From positions 3,400 to 67,399 of IMG/VR virus record IMGVR_UViG_3300046007_009781: a stretch of 64,000 nt of DNA. One strand, written 5' to 3'. Positions within the stretch are counted from its first letter, which is position 1, and each line of letters begins with the position of its first letter. Under the pieces are notes generated by a model. That model was not told the origin of the DNA. It was given only the letters and a program-made list of their open reading frames with translations, and did no database searches. Below are positions 39,967 through 50,290 of the stretch, one piece after another. This DNA is from a virus. The position numbers were made by a program, and so were the translations under genes.

Positions 39967-42900
39967 TCAAGTAATTATAGTATTTACCGAATTATTTTGA
40001 AGGTTCAATAAGGAAGCTGTAATCGATGGGATTACTTCGATATTTTCCACTGTGGCAGCACTGATTAAAATTTCATTTGGTTCTGAACTAATTTGCTGTA
40101 ATGAACCATATACTTGATTGGTGCTGTTAGGTATAATCAAAATACTGCTTATATTAGGAGCTAGCCCTTGCTGAATATAAGTAGCTAATTCTGTAAAATA
40201 AAACGTTTCACCGAAATCCCAATTACCTAAAGCAAAAAATGCATTGATATATGCTAATACTTGGCTACGTATTTCGCTGTCAGTTAGATTGATATTGGAA
40301 TTTTTTACTACCTTGAATGTTGCTTGTAGTTCTGGCAAGGCTTTATTTCCAAACAAAGGCTTAAATTTAGCAGGATTATAAATTAATGCATCACTCAATG
40401 CTTTATAATTTTCTAAGTCGCCAAAAGCTAATTTTAAAGTTTCTGGCGTTTCTTTTTCAGGCTCTTGAAGAGTGCCTGTTGTGTCAATAGCCCAAGCCCT
40501 ATAAGAGTTTTCATACTCCTTTGTTAAGATGTATAAATCTATTAAGTTACTTGGGCTAGGATCAATTCTTCTACTACCTGGAGCGTTATGTTTGTATTGA
40601 AAGTATAAAGTTTCTCGTCCTATTCTCACAAAATAATTTGTAACTGTAATTAAGTTTTTACTAGATCCAGTTTGAGAAATTTGATAGAATTGCTGATCTT
40701 TCCATGCATAAAAGACCTGCCCTATTTCGTAATTGTTAATATTGGCTATTATAGTAGATCTGATATCAAAAGTTACATTAATTGTTCCAGGAACAACTGG
40801 TACATAGGTTACAAAATTGTTGTAACCTGCCACCGATTCAAAAAACACAAATTTTCTATTAAGTTGTGCCGAATCTACTGTTGTAATACTAATTGTAGGC
40901 ACTGTAGATAATTCATAATATAATTCTGCGGTAGAATCATAAAATATTTGGCCGTTTTGAAATAACTTAACATATTGTGTGTAAACTCTTGCCCCATTAA
41001 GTGTTGTCCATAACACTGAACTATCGATAACTGTTTTAATTGGCATTACAAGATTTTGGAAAATATCTGGATCATCAGGTACCCCATTATCATTTTGATC
41101 GCTATAAGTAATCAAAACTTTTCTAGCATCTACGTATCCGTCACTTTCTACTACCTGATCATAAACAAACCAAAGATAATTTTCTGGCAGCGGTTGCCCT
41201 GTGTTAGCATTACCGTTTATTCTCAAGACATTAATACTATCGTTTACTGTAAATCCTGTAACTGGATCATAAATTTTATTTTGATTTTCAAAATAGAACT
41301 TTGTTTCCCTCACACTCTCAAAAACAAAATTGATACCCCTTGCTTGAACTGTATAGGTTGCACTGCTTACAGTAAATGCTAATAGCCAACTAGAGTCTTT
41401 TGATTGTCCAGTAGTGTCCCCTTGAAACTCTAAACTAAAAGGTGCAGTAAGATTTAAATCAACAGGATCAATAATCTCCCATGATTTAGTAGCCTGATCA
41501 TATCTTAAACCAAAATTCAAATAATTTTGAATATTGTTTATTAATTTAATTTTAAAATCTCTGGTAAAACTATTGTTGTAAGCAGGAAATACATTTATAG
41601 CAGTAGCCGCTGTAGGAATATTTTCGCTTAGTGTAATTGGCCCTTGTCCGTTAGACAATACTCCTTGATTGCCGGACCCTACTAATTTTACCACTGTAGC
41701 ATATAATAATAGTTGGCCATTTTGAGGCACTAAACCATTGGAAGGTAATGAAACTATTTCATTAGCTGAATTAAAATATTTGCCATCTCCCGGACTAAAA
41801 ATTATTACACTTCCTTCAGTTATATAATTGTTTGGAGGTGCTACTCCTGTTCCCACTGCAACTTGATTTCCAAAATATCCAGTAGATGAATTCGATCCCA
41901 CCGTGATTCTGTTCCAAGATAAATTTAAATTAAATCTTGTAAAGTTTTCATAATAATAATGTAGTATTGGTTTATCTCTAACCAAAGGTAATACTTGATT
42001 TTCAATGACTCTATTGATGTCTGAGGTTGTGTTAAATGTAAAGGTAAAACTAGATAGTGTATCCTCTTTATATACTATCCCATCTTCTGCAAATATATTA
42101 GTACTGCTATATTTTCCAGTAGTATCTAATACATCTAAAAATCTACTGACACCACTGCTGGTACGATTGACTGCTTTTACTTTACTAATTGAACTGTAAT
42201 TACTGTAAGGAAAAGTATTGTAATCCTCACCATTAATCATCCTATTTTGACTATAGTAAAGTTGAGGTGCTTTTGTTTTAATTTCAGTTATACTTTCACG
42301 AGCAATAGCATTTGCCACAGTGTACTTTAAGCTTGCCACAACAGTTAATGTTTCTAATCTGCCAGACTTACTGATATAAGGAATGTTTAAAGTAATATTA
42401 CTCATTTCGTCTGGAGTGATTGTATAACTCAGCCCTATGCTTGATCGAAAGTAAGTTCTGAAACTACCTACTGGAATTTCTGCAAACGTTCCGTCACCGA
42501 AAACTAAATCAATTTGATCACCTGCTCTGGAATTTACTTGAAAACTTTTTTTAGCTGCGTTATTATTATAGATAATGTTAGTTCCTACTACTGCAGGTAT
42601 TTTCTCCCATTCGTCAATAATAACTCCGAAATTGTTAATTTGATAAAGCCAGACGTCAGTGTTGTTAATATTGTCAACATTAACTGCCGCTAAATTATTG
42701 GGTATACTTTCATTAAATGCAAATTCTTGATTTTGCAAATTACCTTGTTTAAAATAAAAGAAAAATCCTGTATTATTACTAGAATTTCCTAAATTATCAT
42801 TTTTATAAATGATATTTAAAGGAACTCCAGGGCCAGGACTAGCCTCATAAATGTAGTCTGTGTCAATGCTGGTTCCACTTACTGCTTCAAACTGCAGTGC

Positions 42901-43524
42901 AGATCCATCTACAAGAGTCGAAAACGGTATTACAGGCAAAGCATTAGACGGTAAATTTACATTATATTCGGCATTAAGTACACCGTTAATATTTTTACTG
43001 TTAGCAGGTTTTCCTACCTGTTGATTTCTAGGTAAACAAGAATTTAAGATCGTAATAAATTGTTCATACCAATTTAAATTGGTTGCGTCATTCCATTTAA
43101 CAATTAAATTAGTTAAGTCTATTCCGTTGCTATCTTTTAATCGTTCAGTGGTTTGCACACTGTCAAATTTTATAAAACCATTAGCAGTTTGATTTCTTTT
43201 TGGATTATAACTTATCAATCTTGCCAATTTTAAAACACTGTCACGGCGTTCTGCAGTATCTATAAAATTTTCTCTGGCATTTAGATCCGTTCTAAATGCC
43301 AAACTTTGCCCTAAAAATGCAATTAAATCAATTAGTGCAATGTATTCGCTGGATTCTATATAATCATTAAAATTTTCTGGATAATAGACTTTGATGTAGT
43401 CTATCATTGCTTTCCTTAAAGTTTGAAAATCATAACTTTGAAAGTCTGCATTTCTGAAACTTTCATAGATTTTTGTCCAGTCTTGGTTGACTAATAAACT
43501 GTTTTGTCTGGTTATTCCGGGCAT
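39967..43524 (-). CDS. gp6: Baseplate wedge subunit, T4 gp6-like
   Basis: DFQTLRKAMIDY, ENFIDTAERRDSVLKLARLISYNPKR, FGDGTFAEIP, ESITEIKTKAP..QNRMINGEDY. Confidence 0.9.
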   Translation of the reverse strand: MPGITRQNSLLVNQDWTKIYESFRNADFQSYDFQTLRKAMIDYIKVYYPENFNDYIESSEYIALIDLIAFLGQSLAFRTDLNARENFIDTAERRDSVLKLARLISYNPKRNQTANGFIKFDSVQTTERLKDSNGIDLTNLIVKWNDATNLNWYEQFITILNSCLPRNQQVGKPANSKNINGVLNAEYNVNLPSNALPVIPFSTLVDGSALQFEAVSGTSIDTDYIYEASPGPGVPLNIIYKNDNLGNSSNNTGFFFYFKQGNLQNQEFAFNESIPNNLAAVNVDNINNTDVWLYQINNFGVIIDEWEKIPAVVGTNIIYNNNAAKKSFQVNSRAGDQIDLVFGDGTFAEIPVGSFRTYFRSSIGLSYTITPDEMSNITLNIPYISKSGRLETLTVVASLKYTVANAIARESITEIKTKAPQLYYSQNRMINGEDYNTFPYSNYSSISKVKAVNRTSSGVSRFLDVLDTTGKYSSTNIFAEDGIVYKEDTLSSFTFTFNTTSDINRVIENQVLPLVRDKPILHYYYENFTRFNLNLSWNRITVGSNSSTGYFGNQVAVGTGVAPPNNYITEGSVIIFSPGDGKYFNSANEIVSLPSNGLVPQNGQLLLYATVVKLVGSGNQGVLSNGQGPITLSENIPTAATAINVFPAYNNSFTRDFKIKLINNIQNYLNFGLRYDQATKSWEIIDPVDLNLTAPFSLEFQGDTTGQSKDSSWLLAFTVSSATYTVQARGINFVFESVRETKFYFENQNKIYDPVTGFTVNDSINVLRINGNANTGQPLPENYLWFVYDQVVESDGYVDARKVLITYSDQNDNGVPDDPDIFQNLVMPIKTVIDSSVLWTTLNGARVYTQYVKLFQNGQIFYDSTAELYYELSTVPTISITTVDSAQLNRKFVFFESVAGYNNFVTYVPVVPGTINVTFDIRSTIIANINNYEIGQVFYAWKDQQFYQISQTGSSKNLITVTNYFVRIGRETLYFQYKHNAPGSRRIDPSPSNLIDLYILTKEYENSYRAWAIDTTGTLQEPEKETPETLKLAFGDLENYKALSDALIYNPAKFKPLFGNKALPELQATFKVVKNSNINLTDSEIRSQVLAYINAFFALGNWDFGETFYFTELATYIQQGLAPNISSILIIPNSTNQVYGSLQQISSEPNEILISAATVENIEVIPSITASLLNLQNNSVNTIIT

Positions 43525-43569
43525 CGCTATCTCTTTTTTTATATTTATGGGTTACATAAACTGATAGTA

Positions 43570-43947
43570 TTATAGTAACAATGGTTGTTTAGTATTAGAT
43601 TGATCAAATTTGGCAATGATTGTGCCTATTTGATTTGATGAAATATAGATTAATTCTATTTCAAGTTGAATCCCTCGATCAAATTGCGTCACTAATACAT
43701 TTTTTGCCGCTATTCTGGGATCGTTAGAAATAATTTTTTTTACGTCTTGAATTATAGTGTTTTTTGTTTCGTCAGACAATGGTTCAAATAACATATCCCA
43801 AATAATTGTTCCAAATTCAGGATTCATTAGTTTTTCACCTTTACGTATAGCAAAATGATTTTGAAGATCACGTTTGACCAAATCAAAATCTGTAAGTCTA
43901 TATTTTTTTGGACTGTCTACTGTGCTAAAACCGTTATACATGGCCAT
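43570..43947 (-). CDS. gp25: Baseplate wedge subunit, gp25-like
   Basis: DLVKRDLQN..RKGEKLMNPEFGT..LFEP..DPR. Confidence 0.92.
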   Translation of the reverse strand: MAMYNGFSTVDSPKKYRLTDFDLVKRDLQNHFAIRKGEKLMNPEFGTIIWDMLFEPLSDETKNTIIQDVKKIISNDPRIAAKNVLVTQFDRGIQLEIELIYISSNQIGTIIAKFDQSNTKQPLLL

Positions 43948-43949
43948 GG

Positions 43950-46082
43950 TTATAATCCTAATTTACTTTTGTTACTTTGTTCGATAATAGGAGCTTGTGT
44001 TACACTATATTTTGACGAATTGTAAGCATCTATGATTTTCGGATCTACTGCGTTACCTTTTGTGACCCATTGATATACTGTTTCGGGACTAGAATATTTT
44101 GCTGCACCCACTAACCCGGCTGCGTCTTCAGCTGTAGTTGTTGTGGTAATTAGTCCCAGTCCTTCTAATTTGGCATAAGTGTCCCTAGTGGTATCATACA
44201 TTGTTCTTTCTTGCACAGCAGGACTACTTAAAAAATTATCAAGACCATTAATTCCGTTTTTGCCTATCCAATTATTGGGATTTTCTAAAGCTTCTTTTGT
44301 TTGTGGAGTTCCTTCTATTAGGTATCCTTGGTTTATAAGATCCTGACTAGATAATCCATATTTTCCTACCAGTCCTTGGTCATTTACAGTATCATAATTA
44401 TTATTAGAAGAATTGTACCCGTACTGAGCAAACAATCCTTGTACTTCTGCATTAGACAAACTACCTATTCCAGCAACAGGTGTGGGCTGAGCAATAAATT
44501 CACCCACTGGAGCAGGATCGTTTATTGTGAAAGATTCCGCCTGTTTTGTGCCAACATCTTTAATATTTACAGGAGGACTAATAGGTTGTCCATTAATATC
44601 TGTAGTCAATGCTGATTGAATATCAACTTGATTTTGTGCTGCAGCAGCAATATTGCCTCTAATATAAGGTTCATGTGTAGGTACTACTCTACAAATAGAC
44701 TGAATTTTATCTGGGTAAGCTTCCCATCTATTATCATTGATTACTGCATCAGGCAAATTAAATTCTTTAATTTTTTGTGGAGCATTTACAGACCCGCCAC
44801 CTCCCTCACCATTTAAAGCAATTTTAGAGCCATTCAACAACATGGCTCCACTGGATTTAAGTTGCATAGATCCACCAGACTGAATGCTTGTTGCACTTTG
44901 TCCTTTTATTTGAGTTTGCTTTCCATATAAGTTTAGCAGTGTGTCTGCTCTGGCTTGAATTACTTGCGCCTGAATTTTTACACTAGCTTCTGCATTAATA
45001 CTAAAATTGCCGCCTGCATTAAAATTTATGCTGCGATCACTATGCATCTCTATATTACCTTGTGTTCTTACAGCAAAATCTCTTGCTCCATATACTAACA
45101 CATCTCCCTCTGCACTTAATTCAATCCAGGCAGTACCATTACTGTTACTGACATAAATTAAATTTTCACTGTCACTCATTAATATTTGATTGCCGCCGGC
45201 AGTGCGCAATCTAACTAAGTTATTTTTACCGTAAATATCGCCGTCATCTAAAACTAAAGTGTGCCCACCTACTCTAGTTGTAACCTTAAAATCTGCTGGG
45301 TTAAAATCTCCTGACAGTAATTTTGATCGTAACGATGGATCATTTGCCGGATCTTGATTTAACCACGGTCGCCCAGGAGTGCTGAAACCAAATACTGTAC
45401 TGATAGGATCACGTTGACTGCTGCTACTAATTGCTCCTCTTACTTGATCGCTGATTAGTCCAGTTTTAATTAGATTAATTGTTTGAGGTACATGTAAAGG
45501 TTTTAAAACACTTGGAATATATTTTTCTTTATAAGTTCCTGCAAAATTATCGTTGGCCTCTGCAACTGGATAACTCAATGATCTGTCTAACAATCCTTGT
45601 AGATTAGATTCTTCTATACTTAAAGGATCAATTTGATCTATGGATACACAACCTATTGCAGGTATCATGTGTTTAGTTACACTGTTATTAACACACGCGA
45701 ACCAATATCCTTCTAAATTTCCTGAAATAAAACAACACAAAACTTGACTGCCTACATCAGGAGGTGTCATGTAAAATCCATAGCTTTGAATACTTTTAGA
45801 AAAAGTATTAGATCCTTCATAAGTCTGGGCGTATTCTGATCCACTGCCCTGGGTGCTGCCCATATAAGGACTAGCATAATTTACTAGTCTCCAGTTAGTT
45901 TGATCATCTGGATCCGCACCACCTTCTTGAGGAATATAAACCCAAAATCTACCCGATCTAGTATTTGTATCGTATTGTTTTATTATTCCAATATAAATTC
46001 CCGACATTTCTGGAAATTCAGATTTAGATCTTTCAGTGAAATCTTGATTTTTACTGCCTTGATATGGTTTAATAATTGACAT
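43950..46082 (-). CDS. gp5: Baseplate hub/spike protein, gp5/VgrG-like, with C-terminal lysozyme-like domain
   Basis: OB-fold motif PPDVGSQVLCCF, GHTLVLDD, beta-helix-like repeats, PTHEPY, C-terminal NY..VN..G.VGKY. Confidence 0.8.
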   Translation of the reverse strand: MSIIKPYQGSKNQDFTERSKSEFPEMSGIYIGIIKQYDTNTRSGRFWVYIPQEGGADPDDQTNWRLVNYASPYMGSTQGSGSEYAQTYEGSNTFSKSIQSYGFYMTPPDVGSQVLCCFISGNLEGYWFACVNNSVTKHMIPAIGCVSIDQIDPLSIEESNLQGLLDRSLSYPVAEANDNFAGTYKEKYIPSVLKPLHVPQTINLIKTGLISDQVRGAISSSSQRDPISTVFGFSTPGRPWLNQDPANDPSLRSKLLSGDFNPADFKVTTRVGGHTLVLDDGDIYGKNNLVRLRTAGGNQILMSDSENLIYVSNSNGTAWIELSAEGDVLVYGARDFAVRTQGNIEMHSDRSINFNAGGNFSINAEASVKIQAQVIQARADTLLNLYGKQTQIKGQSATSIQSGGSMQLKSSGAMLLNGSKIALNGEGGGGSVNAPQKIKEFNLPDAVINDNRWEAYPDKIQSICRVVPTHEPYIRGNIAAAAQNQVDIQSALTTDINGQPISPPVNIKDVGTKQAESFTINDPAPVGEFIAQPTPVAGIGSLSNAEVQGLFAQYGYNSSNNNYDTVNDQGLVGKYGLSSQDLINQGYLIEGTPQTKEALENPNNWIGKNGINGLDNFLSSPAVQERTMYDTTRDTYAKLEGLGLITTTTTAEDAAGLVGAAKYSSPETVYQWVTKGNAVDPKIIDAYNSSKYSVTQAPIIEQSNKSKLGL

Positions 46083-46095
46083 ACATTATCCTAGT

Positions 46096-48954
46096 TTAAA
46101 AATCAAATCCAATATCTAGATTATTAATATCACCTAAATCTAGTTGTTCTAAATCACTGAGCACAGAAACATTAATATCCCCCAAATTTAATTCTGCTTC
46201 AGTCCATGTTGCCGGTAAATCAGAAGGTAATGATGCAGCTAGATTTTCAGAGAACGCTTGACCTAATGCGGCATCTTCTGCGTCAAAAACATTTGGATCA
46301 ACTTTTACTGCGGTTAAATTATTGAACAAGTCCTTGCCTGCTCTACCAATTGCGTCTATCCCTTTCCCGACTGCGGCAGATACTGCTTTGCCTATTGCTT
46401 GGTTTAAAACCTGCTGACCTATTTGACCTATTAGGCTGGCAGATTGAACTAACCCCGCTGCTTGATTTACTGTACTTTGTAATGCAGATTGAACATTTTG
46501 TATTTGCCCCGAACGTAGTGCCGCAAGATTAACACTGGGTCCGGCATATCTTATACTTTGTATTCTTGCTGTAGGTGTAAGTTGACTTTGTGCTATGGAA
46601 TCTATTCTCTGGTATATAGAAGGAATTTCTTTTCCGTCTTGATCATAAAATAGTTTTACAAGATTCAATACTTGAGTGAACATGCCTTTTTGAAAAACAT
46701 TTTCCACTGTAATAACTTTGTAGACTCCGCTAAATTCGCTATATCTATATTTGTCTGTTTTCAAAGCGAGTCCTATAGATTCGTCATAGTCAACCGGCGA
46801 TTCAAAATTTAGAAATATATAAAGTTCACTACCGTCCATATATAAACTGGATCCCGCATCAGCTGATATAAATTGTTGATTATATGTTTTAGCAGTTTGA
46901 TAATAAAACAAATCATCCTGTTTGATAAAATGTGGATCACCTAATATTTTAAGATCCACTGTAATCATATCACCTTTGGCAGGTATCATTAAGTTGCGCT
47001 GAATATCGCCTGCAACTGCAGAGTCCTGTAATACTCCACCTCTACCTCGGCCTGCAGTTTTGGGACTATCATTAACAAATGCCAATTGTACAGGATTAGG
47101 GTTTTTATTGACTGATTCCTCTTTGTTAATACTGACACCAAATTGACGTTCCGGTATATCTACATCTGGATTAGAAGAAGGATTATTCAAACCCACGCCG
47201 GTTTGTACATATCTATCTTTATTACGTGCCATACTTAATTCAGTAATAGCTAACAAATTGAAATCCAGACTCAAATCTAATATATCATTATTTTTTCCTG
47301 TAAAAATATAATCATATTTTTTTACATATCCAGGTACTTTGCCTCGTGGGGCATAAGGATGTTTATTAGATACTTTAAATTTTTTCACATAAAATACAAT
47401 GTCGTATGCATATCTGTTTTGTTTTTGATCAAAACTTTTTATTTTCATACTGGGAGTAATTTTGAACCATTGCAACCAACTGTCAGTGGGATTAGCACCA
47501 TTTTGTATACCTGCTAATTTTTCTGGATCCTTGATTTGATTTCCAATATAATCGCTATTACGCACTGCCCAATCTAATAATTTATCTATGGTCATGCCTG
47601 CAGGAATGTTTATTGTTGCCCCGTCGTATGTTAACTGTCCTTTTCTTTGATTGTCTTGATTATTCTGCCCTTGAATACTGGCACGTTGAGCACTAGTACT
47701 CGACCCGCTTACGGGAACGCTGGCAATATTTACAGGATTTTTCATTAGTTTGGCATTGCCTATTTCGGGATCAAATTCAACTCTTACTGTGCTAAGTTCA
47801 CCTATCAATCCGTCGCCTTTTAATTTTCTATAATATTCATTAATTGCGTCGCAATAACCAGTTATACCTAAAATATTAAATTGACTAGTTAATTGTCTTT
47901 TGTATATTTCAATTTGCTTTGCATAGTAGTCGTATTCTTCTCTAGATAGTTCGGGCACTGTATCTAAAATATTTTGATTCTGCGATATTTGTTTACTGAT
48001 CAAATCTCTTTGACTTAACAGTTCTTCAACACTTAAAGAGTCAGGTGCGACAGATGAACCGCTAAACATGTCTTTGACTAAACTACCGGTAATAGTTGTT
48101 GCAATAGGCAAAGCTGCATAAAGTTGATTAAATGCCTGATGATTATATGGTACTGCAGTAATTTGATATTCAGTTCCTCTATTAGACACCTTGGTTTTAA
48201 TTTCAACTAAACGAATAGGAATATACTTAGACATTCCCGAAATGGGGCCCACTAAATTAGATTCCGCAGCATTAAAATTATTAAATTCACCATTTTTAGA
48301 TCCAAAGAAATCTATTTGTAATAGATATGGCATTTGAATATAAGAATTAGCACCCGGTTCAATTCTATTCACTGCTTCAATCAATCTGTTTATAAAAGTA
48401 AAGCCATTGGGTTCTACAATTGTAAAACTACATTCTATTAGATTACTGTTTCTATTGCGAGAAGTTGTTGTAATATAAGTTTTCATTCTGAAATTATCAA
48501 AATAAAAATCTTCTTTGAATGATGGATCTCTATTAAAAAACTGATTAAACCTGCCTGCGCTGACCACTAAAACATTTTGTGGTATATAGGTTTTATCTGG
48601 TGCTAAACTGCCCACTAACTGATTAAAATTTTCTGTTCCTAGTAAATGTAAACTTAGATTGTAAGTGTAACTTTCATAATCATGTAATGGATTAGTGATA
48701 GGACGTTGTTCATATGAATTTACAACATTAGTGGATGTAGTTGTTGTATTGGTTCGAAATTCAGGAAATTCTTCTTTAAATGCTTGTGAAATTAAATTTG
48801 TTTCGTTGCCTGAAAAATCTGTCCAAGCTTGTGGGCCACTGCCAATTTCAGATAAAGCTTGATCACTTGAAGGAATAGATTTTATTGCTGCCAGATCTTG
48901 TGGTGTTAATGGTTGAACTGTTGTCGCAGTTTGATTATATAATTCTGGATCCAT
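46096..48954 (-). CDS. Baseplate hub protein (gp27-like position)
   Basis: NPLHDYESYTYNLSL, FTIVEPNG, YLLQIDFFG, YDYIFTGKN, LKILGDP, FSGVYKVITVENVF..GMFTQ.L; between gp53 and gp5. Confidence 0.65.
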   Translation of the reverse strand: MDPELYNQTATTVQPLTPQDLAAIKSIPSSDQALSEIGSGPQAWTDFSGNETNLISQAFKEEFPEFRTNTTTTSTNVVNSYEQRPITNPLHDYESYTYNLSLHLLGTENFNQLVGSLAPDKTYIPQNVLVVSAGRFNQFFNRDPSFKEDFYFDNFRMKTYITTTSRNRNSNLIECSFTIVEPNGFTFINRLIEAVNRIEPGANSYIQMPYLLQIDFFGSKNGEFNNFNAAESNLVGPISGMSKYIPIRLVEIKTKVSNRGTEYQITAVPYNHQAFNQLYAALPIATTITGSLVKDMFSGSSVAPDSLSVEELLSQRDLISKQISQNQNILDTVPELSREEYDYYAKQIEIYKRQLTSQFNILGITGYCDAINEYYRKLKGDGLIGELSTVRVEFDPEIGNAKLMKNPVNIASVPVSGSSTSAQRASIQGQNNQDNQRKGQLTYDGATINIPAGMTIDKLLDWAVRNSDYIGNQIKDPEKLAGIQNGANPTDSWLQWFKITPSMKIKSFDQKQNRYAYDIVFYVKKFKVSNKHPYAPRGKVPGYVKKYDYIFTGKNNDILDLSLDFNLLAITELSMARNKDRYVQTGVGLNNPSSNPDVDIPERQFGVSINKEESVNKNPNPVQLAFVNDSPKTAGRGRGGVLQDSAVAGDIQRNLMIPAKGDMITVDLKILGDPHFIKQDDLFYYQTAKTYNQQFISADAGSSLYMDGSELYIFLNFESPVDYDESIGLALKTDKYRYSEFSGVYKVITVENVFQKGMFTQVLNLVKLFYDQDGKEIPSIYQRIDSIAQSQLTPTARIQSIRYAGPSVNLAALRSGQIQNVQSALQSTVNQAAGLVQSASLIGQIGQQVLNQAIGKAVSAAVGKGIDAIGRAGKDLFNNLTAVKVDPNVFDAEDAALGQAFSENLAASLPSDLPATWTEAELNLGDINVSVLSDLEQLDLGDINNLDIGFDF

Positions 48955-48955
48955 A

Positions 48956-49255
48956 TTAAATTAAATTGTTTATTGTAGTTTTTTTGGGTATATAGATCCG
49001 TATCCCAGGTCGCATGTCAAATATTGGGTCTTTAATTGTGTTAGGATTTCTTAAAGCAAACACCCACCAAAAATTAGAATTACCATATAAATCATATGCT
49101 AACAAATCAGGTCTAAATTGATAAGTTTTATTAATAGTCATTACCACGTCATCGGCCAATTTTGGAATTTGAGGAAACTTAGCTACATCCAAAAAACCTG
49201 CAGTAAATCCTGTTTTAGAATAAAGACTAGATCTGTCATAACTTACTGTGGCCAT
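48956..49255 (-). CDS. gp53: Baseplate wedge LysM-like protein, gp53-like
   Basis: YQFRPDLLAYDLYG..FWWVFALRN..PG.RIYIP. Confidence 0.85.
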   Translation of the reverse strand: MATVSYDRSSLYSKTGFTAGFLDVAKFPQIPKLADDVVMTINKTYQFRPDLLAYDLYGNSNFWWVFALRNPNTIKDPIFDMRPGIRIYIPKKTTINNLI

Positions 49256-50175
49256 TATAGGAACCCTCCAATTGGGCTATTACCATTTTCTATTAGATCA
49301 CCATTTGCAAATTTTTGTAGAGTAAAGTTGTCTGCAATGTTTTTCCTACTGTATACAGGTTGTAGACTGATAGTCATTTCACAATGAGCAGGCAATGCTA
49401 CGAAACTGCTAGGTGAACTTACTGGCACAGGCTCTGACGGAAGTGCCAAACTAGCAAACAGTCTATCAAAAGAACCCCCTGCTACTCCTAAAGGAACTTG
49501 AATGTAATCTACGTCCTTGGGCATAGTCTGTTCAAAGGCTGTGACTACGCAAGGTACATTAGGCAAATATGCTGCGCCAAATCCATTTAAAAAAACTAAA
49601 GGCGGCGGAGTTCCTGCGAATACATCGTTTCCAAAAAACATTTTTGTACAGGTTCTAAAAAACTGTATTACAGCCATCATGTATTTGCCTTCTACTACGT
49701 TTTGAGCTGTAAAATCTGCACTTATTCTAATAGCTCCCACTTCACTGTTTTCGTAAAAATAACTATTGTAGTTGCTATGTGTTAAGCTTTGTGAATTATA
49801 CTTTGCAGAATGACTTAGTGTGATTTGGGGAGTATAGGGAAATATAACTCCGTTAGTTTGACTTAAAGGAAATAAAAGTGAATTATTAGGATTATTATAA
49901 AAATATTGTGCTGTAAATCTAGCCATGCTAATCCTTACCCGCCAGTCTGTCTCCGAGGGGATCACTGTGCCATCTGCCACATTAAAATTAAATCCTAAAA
50001 CCTTTCCAGCTACATCTGTGATTAAACTGTTTCCGCCCGGCGATAAGCCTGCATTTCTGAGTCTATCTATCGACCCAGGCACCGCAGCTTGATAAGCAGT
50101 GGGCGTGGCAGAAACATAACTTTGAGCAGAGCTATCAGACTGATAATTACTTGTATTGTAGCTGGTATTAGACAT
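49255..50175 (-). CDS. Baseplate/tail-tube initiator-like protein (gp48/gp54-like)
   Basis: GVIFPYTP, FFRTCTK, GTPPPLVFLNGFG..PCVV; first gene of the baseplate block. Confidence 0.6.
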   Translation of the reverse strand: MSNTSYNTSNYQSDSSAQSYVSATPTAYQAAVPGSIDRLRNAGLSPGGNSLITDVAGKVLGFNFNVADGTVIPSETDWRVRISMARFTAQYFYNNPNNSLLFPLSQTNGVIFPYTPQITLSHSAKYNSQSLTHSNYNSYFYENSEVGAIRISADFTAQNVVEGKYMMAVIQFFRTCTKMFFGNDVFAGTPPPLVFLNGFGAAYLPNVPCVVTAFEQTMPKDVDYIQVPLGVAGGSFDRLFASLALPSEPVPVSSPSSFVALPAHCEMTISLQPVYSRKNIADNFTLQKFANGDLIENGNSPIGGFL

Positions 50176-50193
50176 TAGTAGATCCGTTTTTAA

Positions 50194-50201
50194 TATTTAT
50201 T
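50194..50201 (-). promoter_or_regulatory. Late promoter box AATAAATA upstream of the baseplate block
   Basis: Variant of the T4 late promoter TATAAATA, 18 nt upstream of ATG 50175. Confidence 0.6.
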
Positions 50202-50232
50202 GCGGAAAAAATAGTACTATATTACTCGTCCA

Positions 50233-50261
50233 TTGACTTTGTCTGCGTTTTTTGTTATTAT
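50233..50261 (+). promoter_or_regulatory. Sigma70-type promoter for gp55
   Basis: TTGACT-N17-TATTAT with TG preceding the -10 box. Confidence 0.6.
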
Positions 50262-50290
50262 TCAGTTACTTGTGCCCGAGGAGAATAAAA

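Noticed and set aside
26353-43524. Short + strand ORFs within the giant baseplate genes
   Set aside because: Antisense shadows of long minus-strand genes with no independent signals.
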